A stretch of 64,000 nucleotides of DNA from Minisyncoccia bacterium (GCA_049997795.1 JBEKVT010000002.1:1664-65663); one strand, 5' to 3'; numbered from the stretch's first letter, positions 8,767-17,141 are shown. Numbers and translations: made by a program. The notes: a model not told the origin generated them from the sequence alone.

Positions 8767-11235
8767 ATGGCGAAGAGATCCGACCATAACGAGCCCCAAA
8801 ACAAGCCGGTTCCAGCCGGCATTGTCGCTCGCAACATCTCGACCGAGATGCGCGAGTCTTTTCTCGACTACGCCATGTCGGTCATCACCGACCGCGCCCT
8901 GCCCGACGTCCGCGACGGCCTGAAGCCGGTCCATCGCCGCATCCTGTATGCCATGCACGAGAAGGGCCTCACATTCCAGGCCAAATTCCGCAAGTCGGCT
9001 GTCCCTGTCTCCGATACCATGGGCAATTACCACCCGCACGGCGATGCTGCCATATATGAATCCCTGGTCAAGATGGCCCAGGATTTCACCATGCGTTATC
9101 CCTTGATCCAGGGCCAGGGCAATTTCGGCACGGTAGACGGCGACCCGGCCGCGGCTATGCGCTACACCGAGGCTCGCATGTCGCGCCTGTCTTCCGAATT
9201 ACTGCGCGACATAGACAAGGATACCGTCGAATTCAGACCGAACTACGACGGTACCAAGAAGGAGCCGTCGGTCCTGCCGACTTCGGTGCCGAACCTCTTA
9301 TTGAACGGTACCTTAGGCATCGCCGTCGGCATGGCCACCAACATCGCTCCGCACAATTTACGCGAGGTCGTGGATGCCACTGTCCACCTGGTGGACAATA
9401 AGGATGCCGCTACTGAGGATCTACTCCAATTCATCAAAGGCCCCGATTTTCCTTTGGGCGCCGTCATCTATGGCGAGAAAGACATCCATCATGCCTATGC
9501 CACTGGCCGCGGCGGCATGATGGTGCGCGGCGAGGCCGAGATCACCGAAGACAAGAAAGGCCAGTATCAGATCGTCATCACTTCGATCCCGTTCCGGGTG
9601 AACAAGAGCGAGCTCATCATGAAGATCGCCGACCTGGTGCACGGGAAGGTGATCGAAGGCGTCAAAAGCCTGCGCGACGAGTCTGACAAGGAGATGCGCA
9701 TCGTGATCGACCTGAAACAGGGCTCATATCCGGAGAAGGTCCTGAATCTTCTCTACAAGCACACCCAGCTCGAAGAGACTTTCCATATGAACACTGTGGC
9801 CCTGGTCGGCGGCGTGCCGCAGACCCTGGGTCTCAAATCCATCCTCCAGGAATTCATCGCCCACAGGATCGAGGTCATCCGCCGCCGCACCAAGTTCGAT
9901 CTCGCCACGGCGGAAGCGCGCGAGCACATCCTAGTCGGCCTGAAGAAGGCTCTCGACCATATCGATGAGATCATAAAATTGATCCGCGCCGCCAAGGACG
10001 CGACCGAAGCCCACGCCGGGCTCGTGAAGAAGTTCAAATTCAGCGATTTGCAAGCCACGGCCATCCTGGAGATGAAGCTCGTCAAGCTCGCCGGCTTGGA
10101 GCGCAAGAAGGTCCTCGACGAGCTCAAGGAAGTCCAAACGCTGATCGAAGACCTGAAGAGCATCCTCGGCAGCGAAAAACGAGTTCGCACGATCATCAAA
10201 ACAGAGCTTGCCGAGATAAGAGGGAAGTACGGAGACGACCGCCGGACCAAGATAGTGAAGCACGGCGTCAAAGAGTTCAACCCCGAAGACCTGATCGCCG
10301 ACGAGGAATCGGTGCTGGTCCTTACGAAAGGCGGCTATATCAAGCGCACCGACCCTGGCGAATATCGCAAACAGAGGCGCGGCGGCGTCGGGGTGGTTGA
10401 TCTCGACACCAAGGAGGAGGACTTCATCTCGCATCTCATCTTCGCTACCACCCACAACGACTTGCTCTTCTTCACGGACAAAGGCAAGGCCTACCAGATC
10501 AAGATGTACGAGATCCCGGAAGGCAAGCGGGCGACCAAGGGCAAGTCGATCATGAATTTCCTGTCGCTCGCGGACGGTGAGCGCGTGACCTCCATCCTGC
10601 CCATGCCCAAGAACAAGAAAGAAGCCGAGGGACTATCTCTCATGATGGTGACCAAGAACGGCACCGGCAAGAAGACCGCCGCAGAGCATTTCAAGGACGT
10701 CCGCCGCTCGGGGCTCATCGCCATCACTCTCGACAAGGGCGACGAATTGATATCGGCCTCTTTCGTCTCCAAGCCTGACGAGGTCGTGATAGCGACCAAA
10801 GAAGGCCAATCCATCCATTTCAAAGAAAGCGACGTGCGCCAAATGGGCCGCAATGCCGCCGGCGTGCGCGTCGTCCGCCTGGGGAAGAGCGACCGCGTCA
10901 TCTCGGCAGACATCGTCGGGAAAGAAGCCAAGAACCCGTGCCTTTTCGTCATGGGGGCGAACGGCTACGGCAAGAAGACCAAGCTCTCTGAATACAAGGT
11001 CCAGAATCGCGGCGGCTCCGGCATTCTGACCATGAACGTGACGGGGAAGACCGGCTCTCTGATGGCCGCCAAGGTCGTGACCGATCTCGACCAGGAAATC
11101 GTGGCCATGTCCAAGAAGTCCCAAGTCATCCGCGTCGATCTAAAGGAGATACCCACTCTCTCTCGCGCCACCCAGGGTGTCCGGGTCATGAAGCTCCGCG
11201 AGGGCGATTCGCTGGCGAGCTTGATTTGCATATAA
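8767..11235 (+). CDS. gyrA: DNA gyrase subunit A
   Basis: 822 aa; [12 protein letters not shown], catalytic Tyr region [11 protein letters not shown]-terminal beta-pinwheel repeats. Confidence 0.95.
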   Translation: MAKRSDHNEPQNKPVPAGIVARNISTEMRESFLDYAMSVITDRALPDVRDGLKPVHRRILYAMHEKGLTFQAKFRKSAVPVSDTMGNYHPHGDAAIYESLVKMAQDFTMRYPLIQGQGNFGTVDGDPAAAMRYTEARMSRLSSELLRDIDKDTVEFRPNYDGTKKEPSVLPTSVPNLLLNGTLGIAVGMATNIAPHNLREVVDATVHLVDNKDAATEDLLQFIKGPDFPLGAVIYGEKDIHHAYATGRGGMMVRGEAEITEDKKGQYQIVITSIPFRVNKSELIMKIADLVHGKVIEGVKSLRDESDKEMRIVIDLKQGSYPEKVLNLLYKHTQLEETFHMNTVALVGGVPQTLGLKSILQEFIAHRIEVIRRRTKFDLATAEAREHILVGLKKALDHIDEIIKLIRAAKDATEAHAGLVKKFKFSDLQATAILEMKLVKLAGLERKKVLDELKEVQTLIEDLKSILGSEKRVRTIIKTELAEIRGKYGDDRRTKIVKHGVKEFNPEDLIADEESVLVLTKGGYIKRTDPGEYRKQRRGGVGVVDLDTKEEDFISHLIFATTHNDLLFFTDKGKAYQIKMYEIPEGKRATKGKSIMNFLSLADGERVTSILPMPKNKKEAEGLSLMMVTKNGTGKKTAAEHFKDVRRSGLIAITLDKGDELISASFVSKPDEVVIATKEGQSIHFKESDVRQMGRNAAGVRVVRLGKSDRVISADIVGKEAKNPCLFVMGANGYGKKTKLSEYKVQNRGGSGILTMNVTGKTGSLMAAKVVTDLDQEIVAMSKKSQVIRVDLKEIPTLSRATQGVRVMKLREGDSLASLICI

Positions 11236-11287
11236 ACGTTAGGCCGCGAGGGTGATTCAGTCCGAGTCCAAACCAGCCAGCTAGCAC

Positions 11288-11695
11288 ATGAATGCAGATG
11301 CGCTTAAAGGAGTAACCATTAAAGATGCCGGAGTGAAAGGCCGCGGAATCTTTGCTCTGCGAGATTTCAAGAAAGGAGAGCTGGTGTTAGGTTGGAATAA
11401 AGAAAATAGATTTCTTTCTGAAGAGGAAATTTCAGATCTGCCAGAGGGAGAAAAAAAGTATGTTGCCTTGTGCAACGGGAAATATCTTCTAATCTCAGAA
11501 CCAGAACGTTACATGAATCATTCTTGTGATCCTAATACTATAAATGAAAACGGTCTTGACTACGCTCTTAGAGATATCAAGAAAGGCGAGGAGATTACAG
11601 GAGATTATGATCGGGGAGGTTCATTGTTAGGATTTGAATGTAAATGCGACAGTAAAAATTGCAGAAAGGTAGTTCGTCCCAGGAAGCTTAATTGA
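11288..11695 (+). CDS. SET-domain protein (putative protein-lysine methyltransferase)
   Basis: 135 aa; NHSCDPN, GEEITGDY and post-SET Cys cluster CKCDSKNCRK; low-GC codon usage. Confidence 0.75.
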   Translation: MNADALKGVTIKDAGVKGRGIFALRDFKKGELVLGWNKENRFLSEEEISDLPEGEKKYVALCNGKYLLISEPERYMNHSCDPNTINENGLDYALRDIKKGEEITGDYDRGGSLLGFECKCDSKNCRKVVRPRKLN

Positions 11696-11715
11696 GTTGT
11701 TTCAGGTCAATTATA

Positions 11716-11746
11716 GTTCCGACATCGTACCACGCAGCCAGCCAAT
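11716..11746 (+). repeat. Direct-repeat motif S1: GTTCCGACATCGTACCACGCAGCCAGCCAAT
   Basis: Near-identical to S2 (12317-12348); related to S3/S4 at 30108/30602. Confidence 0.6.
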
Positions 11747-11749
11747 AAA

Positions 11750-12313
11750 ATGAACAATTATATCTTTGGTTATGGAAGTCTCGTGAACAAAGAAAGTCGC
11801 GGACTTACCGGTAAATCAGCACTGATCGGCCCAGTACGAGTGCGCGGAATAAGACGCGGGTGGAATGTCCAAGTCACTGATAAAACAGTACTTGGCGCCA
11901 CATAAGAGCCGGGCGCTATTTGTAATGGAGTAATCGTGTCTGTGCCAGAGCAGGAATTAGCAAGGTACGATGAAAGGGAGATCCCATCGAAATATAAAAG
12001 AATTGAATTACCAGTGGCGAATGTAAATCTTCTCAATAATAAAAGTTCGAGTGGAACCTTCTGGACATATGTCGCGATTGATCCAAAAGATCCTGACGCT
12101 GAACATCCCATCCCTCAGTCATATATAGATGTAGTACTCACCGGTTTTTTGGATTTTGGGACTGACTTTGCAAAAGAGTTCGTCGATTCTACGGAGGGAT
12201 GGAAATATATTGTGAATGATCGAGATAACCCACTGTACTCGAGAGCATTAAAGAATGTTGAACGTAGAGCTGAAATTGACACCCTCCTTTCCAAGGCAAG
12301 TCTAGTCTCCTAG
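11750..12313 (+). pseudogene. Gamma-glutamyl cyclotransferase-like (GGCT/AIG2/ChaC-like) gene interrupted by in-frame TAA at 11903-11905
   Basis: N-terminal MNNYIFGYGSLVNKESRGL (YGSL motif); downstream same-frame segment ELARYDEREIPSKYKRIELPV fits the LDxxE...YxRxxVxV GGCT pattern; ATG 11750 and track ORF 11936..12313 are in the same frame, separated by TAA. Confidence 0.6.
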
Positions 12314-12316
12314 CAA

Positions 12317-12348
12317 GGTTCCAACATCGTACCACGCAGCCAGCCGAT
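12317..12348 (+). repeat. Direct-repeat motif S2: GGTTCCAACATCGTACCACGCAGCCAGCCGAT
   Basis: Begins 4 nt after stop of the GGCT-like gene. Confidence 0.6.
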
Positions 12349-12413
12349 TGAAGCACAGCATTTTTGTCCCCACCGGCCGAGACAGGCCGGCCCTTCAAAC
12401 GTGGTAAAATGAT

Positions 12414-12938
12414 ATGGTCATGTTTTCGGATCCAGCCGCGAATCTGGCGAAATTAGGCCTTGCGGACGGCATGAAAGTCGTCGATCTGGGGGCCGGCTCC
12501 GGCTTCTATTCCATGGAGGCGGCCAAGATGGTCGGCGCGACCGGCCGGGTCTACGCCGTGGACGTTCAGAAAGAGCTCCTCGAGCGCCTGCGGGGGGTTG
12601 CGGCCTCGCACGGCATCCGCAACATCGAAGTCATCTGGGGCAACGCCGAGAAGATCGGCGGGCTCAGATTGAGGGATGGTCTGGCGGACCGGGTCATCGC
12701 CTCGAACATCCTCTTTCAGATAGCCAAGCCGGACGATTTCGTCTTGGAGATAAAGCGCGCTCTGAAGCCCGGCGGCAAGGTCCTCCTCATCGACTGGAGC
12801 GGGGCCAGCGCCTTGAGCCCCAAGACCATCGTGCCGGCTCAAAAGGCCCAGACGCTTTTCGAGAAGAACGGCTTCGGGCTCGAACAGTCTTTCGGAGCGG
12901 GAGACCACCATTACGGGCTCGTATTTGTCAGGAATTGA
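12414..12938 (+). CDS. Class I SAM-dependent methyltransferase
   Basis: VVDLGAGSGFYS motif I; ALKPGGKVLLID motif; possible alternative start at 12420 six to nine nt after TGgTAAAAT. Confidence 0.8.
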   Translation: MVMFSDPAANLAKLGLADGMKVVDLGAGSGFYSMEAAKMVGATGRVYAVDVQKELLERLRGVAASHGIRNIEVIWGNAEKIGGLRLRDGLADRVIASNILFQIAKPDDFVLEIKRALKPGGKVLLIDWSGASALSPKTIVPAQKAQTLFEKNGFGLEQSFGAGDHHYGLVFVRN

Positions 12939-12941
12939 CCG

Positions 12942-14243
12942 ATGAAAACCTCGAAATTCCAACTCATCATATTCATAGTCTTCATCCTCTTCATCGCGGC
13001 CGGGGTGGCGGCCTTCGCCACCTACAAAGGTTCCAGCTCCGGTAGCCAGCTGCCGACGATCACCGTCTGGGGCACGTTCCCGAAGGACGTCTTCGACCAG
13101 TATGTCATCCAAGTGGGCAACTCTCTATCCTCGCCGATCTCGGTCAAATACGTCCAGGAATCGCCGGACGCCTTCCTGCAGGATTTCATCTCGGCCCTGG
13201 CGCGGGGGGCCGGCCCGGATGCCGTCCTCATACCGGCCGACATGATCCTGCCGGCCGAAGACAAGCTCGTGCCCATCCCGTACTCGGCCCTGCCGCAGGC
13301 TTCGTTCAAGAGCGCCTACATCGACGAGAGCTTCGTCTATCTCGGTTCAAACGGCGTCATGGCCGTGCCGTTCGCCGTCGACCCGATAGTCATGTACTGG
13401 GATCGCGACATGTTCGACGCCGCCGGCATCGCCTCGCCGCCCAAGTACTGGGACGATTTCGCGAACGCCATCAAGAAGATCACCGTTAAGAACGAGAATG
13501 GCACGGTGACGAGGAGCGCCGTGGCCATGGGTGATTTCACCAACGTGGTGAACGCCCGTGAGCTCCTCGGCTCGCTCTTCCTCCAGCTCGGCAATCCCAT
13601 CACGGTCCAGGCGTCGGACGGCAGCGTCTCGAGCGCCCTTAAGACCTCCGCCAAGGCCGATCCGACCCCGGCTCTGCAATTCTTCGCCGGCTTCGTCGAT
13701 CCGACGAGCGATTATTACTCGTGGAATCGGAGCTGGCCGGATTCCAAGACGGCTTTCCTGGCCGGCAGTCTGGCCACTTATTTCGGCTTCGCTTCTGAGC
13801 TCGCGGACATCCGGTCCAAGAATCCCAATCTGAATTTCGACGTGACAGCCCTGCCCGAGGCCCGTTCAGGCGGCACGACGGCGGTCTACGGCAAGCTCTA
13901 CGGCTTCTCCTTGGTCAAGGCCTCGCCCAACAATAATGCCGCATACGAGATCATCTCGACCTTGACGATGCCGCAATATCTGGTCAAGGTCTCCGACGCC
14001 ATGTATCTGCCGTCGGTCTCTCGCGACGTGATCGCCAGCGGCTCGACCGATCAATACATCACCATTTTCAACCAAGCGGCGCTCATCTCGAGGACCTGGC
14101 TCGACGCCGACCCGGCGAAGTCCGGCCAGATCTTCGGCTCCATGGTCCAAGCCGTCGTCTCCGGCCAGAGATCGGCCAGTCAGGCGGTCTCGGACGCGGG
14201 GAACCAGTATGACGCCGTGCTGCGGCAAGCCACCGGACAATAA
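12942..14243 (+). CDS. Membrane-anchored extracellular solute-binding protein (SBP family 1-like), orphan (no permease nearby)
   Basis: 433 aa, N-terminal TM, ITVWGTFP, PKYWDDF, maltose-binding-like fold patterns. Confidence 0.6.
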   Translation: MKTSKFQLIIFIVFILFIAAGVAAFATYKGSSSGSQLPTITVWGTFPKDVFDQYVIQVGNSLSSPISVKYVQESPDAFLQDFISALARGAGPDAVLIPADMILPAEDKLVPIPYSALPQASFKSAYIDESFVYLGSNGVMAVPFAVDPIVMYWDRDMFDAAGIASPPKYWDDFANAIKKITVKNENGTVTRSAVAMGDFTNVVNARELLGSLFLQLGNPITVQASDGSVSSALKTSAKADPTPALQFFAGFVDPTSDYYSWNRSWPDSKTAFLAGSLATYFGFASELADIRSKNPNLNFDVTALPEARSGGTTAVYGKLYGFSLVKASPNNNAAYEIISTLTMPQYLVKVSDAMYLPSVSRDVIASGSTDQYITIFNQAALISRTWLDADPAKSGQIFGSMVQAVVSGQRSASQAVSDAGNQYDAVLRQATGQ

Positions 14244-14254
14244 CGCCTAAAATC

Positions 14255-14692
14255 ATGAAACACGCTCTCTTCATCGCATCGCTTCTCGTCCTTCTCGGTC
14301 CGTTCGCCGCGCCGACCGTCCTGGCCCAGGTGCCGGAAGCCAACATAAACAACGCCAGCTTCCGTCTCGTCATCTGCGATGGACCGGCTCTGCCGGCGAA
14401 CGTCCCGCCGCCGACAACTGACTACGTCCCTTGTGACTTCCAGCATCTCATGATAGAGGCCCAATACCTGATCAACGTCATGATAATCCTCGGCACACTC
14501 GGAGCCTTGATAGGCTTCGCTTACGCCGGCTATCTCTACATAACCGGCACCCAGCCGAATCTGGCCAAGGCCAAGGGCATATTTCCAAAGGTCTTCTGGG
14601 GGTTTATACTGATGCTGACCGCCTGGTTCATCGTCTATCAGATCCTCTCTTGGCTGACCGGGAACGCCGCGACGTATCTCGGCGGCTCGTAA
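14255..14692 (+). CDS. Pilin-like paralog P1: signal peptide + two C-terminal TM helices (VirB2/TrbC-like architecture); 2 Cys in exposed region
   Basis: SP MKHALFIASLLVLLGPFAAPTVLAQV; C-terminal FWGFILMLTAWFIVYQILSWL. Confidence 0.6.
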   Translation: MKHALFIASLLVLLGPFAAPTVLAQVPEANINNASFRLVICDGPALPANVPPPTTDYVPCDFQHLMIEAQYLINVMIILGTLGALIGFAYAGYLYITGTQPNLAKAKGIFPKVFWGFILMLTAWFIVYQILSWLTGNAATYLGGS

Positions 14693-14696
14693 TCAC

Positions 14697-15125
14697 ATGA
14701 AGAACATCCCGATGAAGAATCTCATTTATACCTTGGCTCTGGCCGTTTTGCTCGTCGGGGCTGCTCAATCCGCGAACGCCGATATCCAATCGGGGAACCC
14801 GAGCGGCACCTTCTCCCTTCAAAACCCTCTGCAATTCACGACCGTCGGCGACCTCATCAACGGCTTCCTGCAGATATTCTCATATGTGGCCGTCCTGTTC
14901 GCCGTCCTGATGCTAGTCTGGGTCGGCCTGCAATTCGTCCTGGCCAGGGGCAACCCCGAACGCATGAAAGTGCTGAAAAACTGGCTCCTGTGGATCGTCA
15001 TCGGGGCGGCCATCGTGATCGGCGCCAGGATCATCGTCTCGGTCGTCATAAACACCCTAGGCTCGACAGGCGCGGTCAACCAGAATATCCTGAATAGCGC
15101 CAATAACGCCCTCAATAAGCCGTGA
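14697..15125 (+). CDS. Pilin-like paralog P2 (SP + two TM helices)
   Basis: SP ...LALAVLLVGAAQSANA; helix pair FSYVAVLFAVLMLVWVGLQF / WLLWIVIGAAIVIGARIIV. Confidence 0.6.
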   Translation: MKNIPMKNLIYTLALAVLLVGAAQSANADIQSGNPSGTFSLQNPLQFTTVGDLINGFLQIFSYVAVLFAVLMLVWVGLQFVLARGNPERMKVLKNWLLWIVIGAAIVIGARIIVSVVINTLGSTGAVNQNILNSANNALNKP

Positions 15126-15164
15126 GACCTCTTGGCCGATTAACAGCCGTTTAAAAACATAACC

Positions 15165-15554
15165 ATGAAGAAAAAGCTCATCGTGTTTGCCTCCGTCCTC
15201 CCGTTCATCTTGCCGACCGTGGTTCAAGCTCAAACCCCCGTCGCTCTCAATTGTGATCCGAAGACATTATGCTATGTCGTGAGCCAGGTCATCGCGTACC
15301 TGAACCTGGCCTTGAGCTTGCTGATGGCGGTGGCCATCGTCATGTTCGTGTGGTACGTGATCAAGTATTACATCAGGCCCAACGAGGAGCGCAAACAAGC
15401 CGGACTATACGTCATGTACAGCATCATCGGCTTTTTCGTCATCCTGTCCATCTGGGGCATCATCAACATCCTCGGCAGCACCTTCGGTCTGGGGAACGCC
15501 GGCAACCAGCAAAAGAGCTGGAGCAGCTTCGTCAATCTCTTCCCGCAGCAATGA
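15165..15554 (+). CDS. Pilin-like paralog P3 (SP + two TM helices, Cys pair)
   Basis: C-terminal YSIIGFFVILSIWGIINILGSTFGLGNAGNQ shared with P4. Confidence 0.65.
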   Translation: MKKKLIVFASVLPFILPTVVQAQTPVALNCDPKTLCYVVSQVIAYLNLALSLLMAVAIVMFVWYVIKYYIRPNEERKQAGLYVMYSIIGFFVILSIWGIINILGSTFGLGNAGNQQKSWSSFVNLFPQQ

Positions 15555-15589
15555 AATATTATGATCGACCATAACCGATACACACTATC

Positions 15590-15913
15590 ATGATGCAAGT
15601 CACGGACGTCAATTCACTGTTCTACAAGCTGAATGGGATCGGCAACGCCGTGACCATTCTGCTCGTCTCGCTCGCGGTCATCTGGATAGTCGTCTCCGTC
15701 GTGCGTTTCATCATGGCGAGCGGGGAGAACCGGGCCGTTCACCGGGCTTCCGTCCTTTGGGGCATCGTCGGTCTAGCCGTCATCCTGTCCATCTGGGGCA
15801 TCATCAACATCTTCGGGCGCACTTTTGGACTGGGAAATGCCCAGAATCAATGGCGATCTTCGAGGGACGCGAACAGCCTGATCATGACGCCTCCGGTATC
15901 GCCATTCCAGTAA
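15590..15913 (+). CDS. Pilin-like paralog P4, no signal peptide (possible silent or truncated copy)
   Basis: Starts directly in mature-like region VTDVNSLFYKLNGIGNAV; shares 33-nt identical block gtcatcctgtccatctggggcatcatcaacatc with P3. Confidence 0.5.
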   Translation: MMQVTDVNSLFYKLNGIGNAVTILLVSLAVIWIVVSVVRFIMASGENRAVHRASVLWGIVGLAVILSIWGIINIFGRTFGLGNAQNQWRSSRDANSLIMTPPVSPFQ

Positions 15914-16015
15914 TCCACAGCCAGCGCTTCTTTTTAGAGGCGATATCGGCTATAATCCGGATGGCTACAAGTGATTTTAACAGTCGTCATTAACCAATCA
16001 TCCATCAGCATTATC

Positions 16016-16378
16016 ATGAAAAAGCTCATAGCATCGCTCGCGGTCCTGACCCCGTCGGTCGCCTTCGCCGCCCAGCCGATCACTGACGTCAACTCGCTGA
16101 CCCAGAAGCTGACCGGCATCGGCAATACCGTGATCGGCATCCTGATCTCGCTCGCGGTCATCTGGATCATCTGGAACGTCGTCTCTTTCATCATCCACGC
16201 CGACAATCCGGAGAAGCGCGGCGAGAGCGGCAAGGCCATCCTTTGGGGCGTCGTCGGCCTGTTCGTCATCCTGTCCATCTGGGGCCTGGTCAACATCCTG
16301 ACCGGCACGTTCAGCACCAATACCCAGGCGCCGGTCCAGAACTACCCGGTCAATCCCAATCCGCCGATAGTCCAGTGA
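16016..16378 (+). CDS. Pilin-like paralog P5 (SP + two TM helices)
   Basis: MKKLIASLAVLTPSVAFAAQPITDVNSLTQKLTGIGNTV...; TATAAT at about 15945. Confidence 0.65.
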   Translation: MKKLIASLAVLTPSVAFAAQPITDVNSLTQKLTGIGNTVIGILISLAVIWIIWNVVSFIIHADNPEKRGESGKAILWGVVGLFVILSIWGLVNILTGTFSTNTQAPVQNYPVNPNPPIVQ

Positions 16379-16391
16379 CCGAATAGCCAGC

Positions 16392-16643
16392 GTGGCTTCC
16401 CCGTTCTTCAAGGCCATAAACCCGATCATCACCAACGTGGTCAATCCGCTGGTGTGGCTGGCTTTCGCCGTGGCCTTCGTCGTCTTCGCCTACGGGGTCG
16501 TCCAGATGATCACTCACGAAACGGACGCGGAGGCCCACAAGCGGGGAAGATGGAGCATCTTGAGCGGCATAATCGGCATGTTCATCATGTTCTCGGCCTG
16601 GGGCATCATCAATATCGTCGCCAACACGGTCAAGTCGCTTTGA
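16392..16643 (+). CDS. Pilin-like paralog P6, minimal two-helix unit, GTG start, no signal peptide
   Basis: 83 aa; WSILSGIIGMFIMFSAWGIINIV matches family C-terminal consensus. Confidence 0.5.
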   Translation: MASPFFKAINPIITNVVNPLVWLAFAVAFVVFAYGVVQMITHETDAEAHKRGRWSILSGIIGMFIMFSAWGIINIVANTVKSL

Positions 16644-16671
16644 GCCCAGGCAAGCGAAAACCTGGGAAATA

Positions 16672-16712
16672 AAAAAAGGGCCGCAGGAGAGTTCGTCTCC
16701 GCGGCCCTTGGA
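16672..16712 (-). terminator. Intrinsic terminator for minus-strand SPFH operon (hairpin GGGCCGC...GCGGCCC followed by U-run on minus strand)
   Basis: Seen in sequence: AAAAAAAGGGCCGCAGGAGAGTTCGTCTCCGCGGCCC. Confidence 0.5.
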
Positions 16713-16727
16713 CGTCAAGCGCCGTCC

Positions 16728-17141
16728 TCAGGTGTCATCCTTCTTGAAGGTGCAAGTGACCTCGGCGTATCCGGTTTTTTCCCGGTTGAGCCGATATCCC
16801 TTTTTCCAGATCCCCTTGCCGCGATCCTGATAAGGCCGGGGCAGGATGTATTCGGTCGGAGGGAGCGATCTGTCCGTTCCCCTGTATACCCGAAGGTCGA
16901 CGGGAGCCGAACCCCAATCGTCGGTCATCGTCCAGCCGTCCTTGATCTCGACGTATACCCAAGGGTGATCCGGCATCTCCCTCACCCAGAAGGTCTTGGT
17001 ATAGGAGGTCCGGCCCCGGCTGCCGTCGTCTCCGGCCCTTGGGCCGGATCCGTGCAGCGTCGGTGGGTTGGCCAAGAAGTACAGAACGATGAGCGACCCG
17101 AAGCCTATCAATACAGTCAGCCATTTGCGCTTCTTGTTCAT
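16728..17141 (-). CDS. Membrane-anchored small protein, possible NfeD-like partner of SPFH protein
   Basis: 137 aa, one N-terminal TM then beta-rich domain; 4-nt overlap with upstream SPFH gene. Confidence 0.4.
   Translation of the reverse strand: MNKKRKWLTVLIGFGSLIVLYFLANPPTLHGSGPRAGDDGSRGRTSYTKTFWVREMPDHPWVYVEIKDGWTMTDDWGSAPVDLRVYRGTDRSLPPTEYILPRPYQDRGKGIWKKGYRLNREKTGYAEVTCTFKKDDT

Larger units (their letters stand above)
11236..12400 (+). mobile_element. AT-richer cassette island 1 (SET-domain gene + interrupted GGCT-like gene) bounded by ~30-nt direct repeats S1/S2 (possible degenerate S0 at 11249-11279)
   Basis: Sharp drop in GC by eye relative to gyrA and the downstream methyltransferase gene; repeats at 11716-11746 and 12317-12348. 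Confidence 0.55.

Noticed and set aside
11903-11905. Stop-codon reassignment (TAA or TGA recoding) as explanation for the in-frame TAA
   Set aside because: TAA terminates confident genes (rpmG, transketolase C subunit) and TGA terminates alr, the SET gene and others, with no in-frame TGA or TAA in conserved housekeeping genes. Standard code applies, so the TAA is treated as a nonsense mutation or error.
11716-12348. Integron gene-cassette (attC) interpretation of the S1-S4 repeats
   Set aside because: No RYYYAAC/GTTRRRY core pairs or imperfect-palindrome attC structure. The repeats instead align with the tRNA-Tyr 3' end, favouring tRNA-targeting integrative-element att remnants. No intI-like gene in the window.
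12453-13112. 219-aa minus-strand ORF
   Set aside because: Antisense to the SAM-methyltransferase and solute-binding protein genes, both of which have recognisable motifs; no motifs of its own.
14255-16643. CRISPR array or other short tandem repeat locus
   Set aside because: The periodicity comes from paralogous protein-coding genes (300-440 nt units with ORFs and signal peptides), not from short direct repeats with spacers. No cas genes and no CRISPR-like repeats anywhere in the window.
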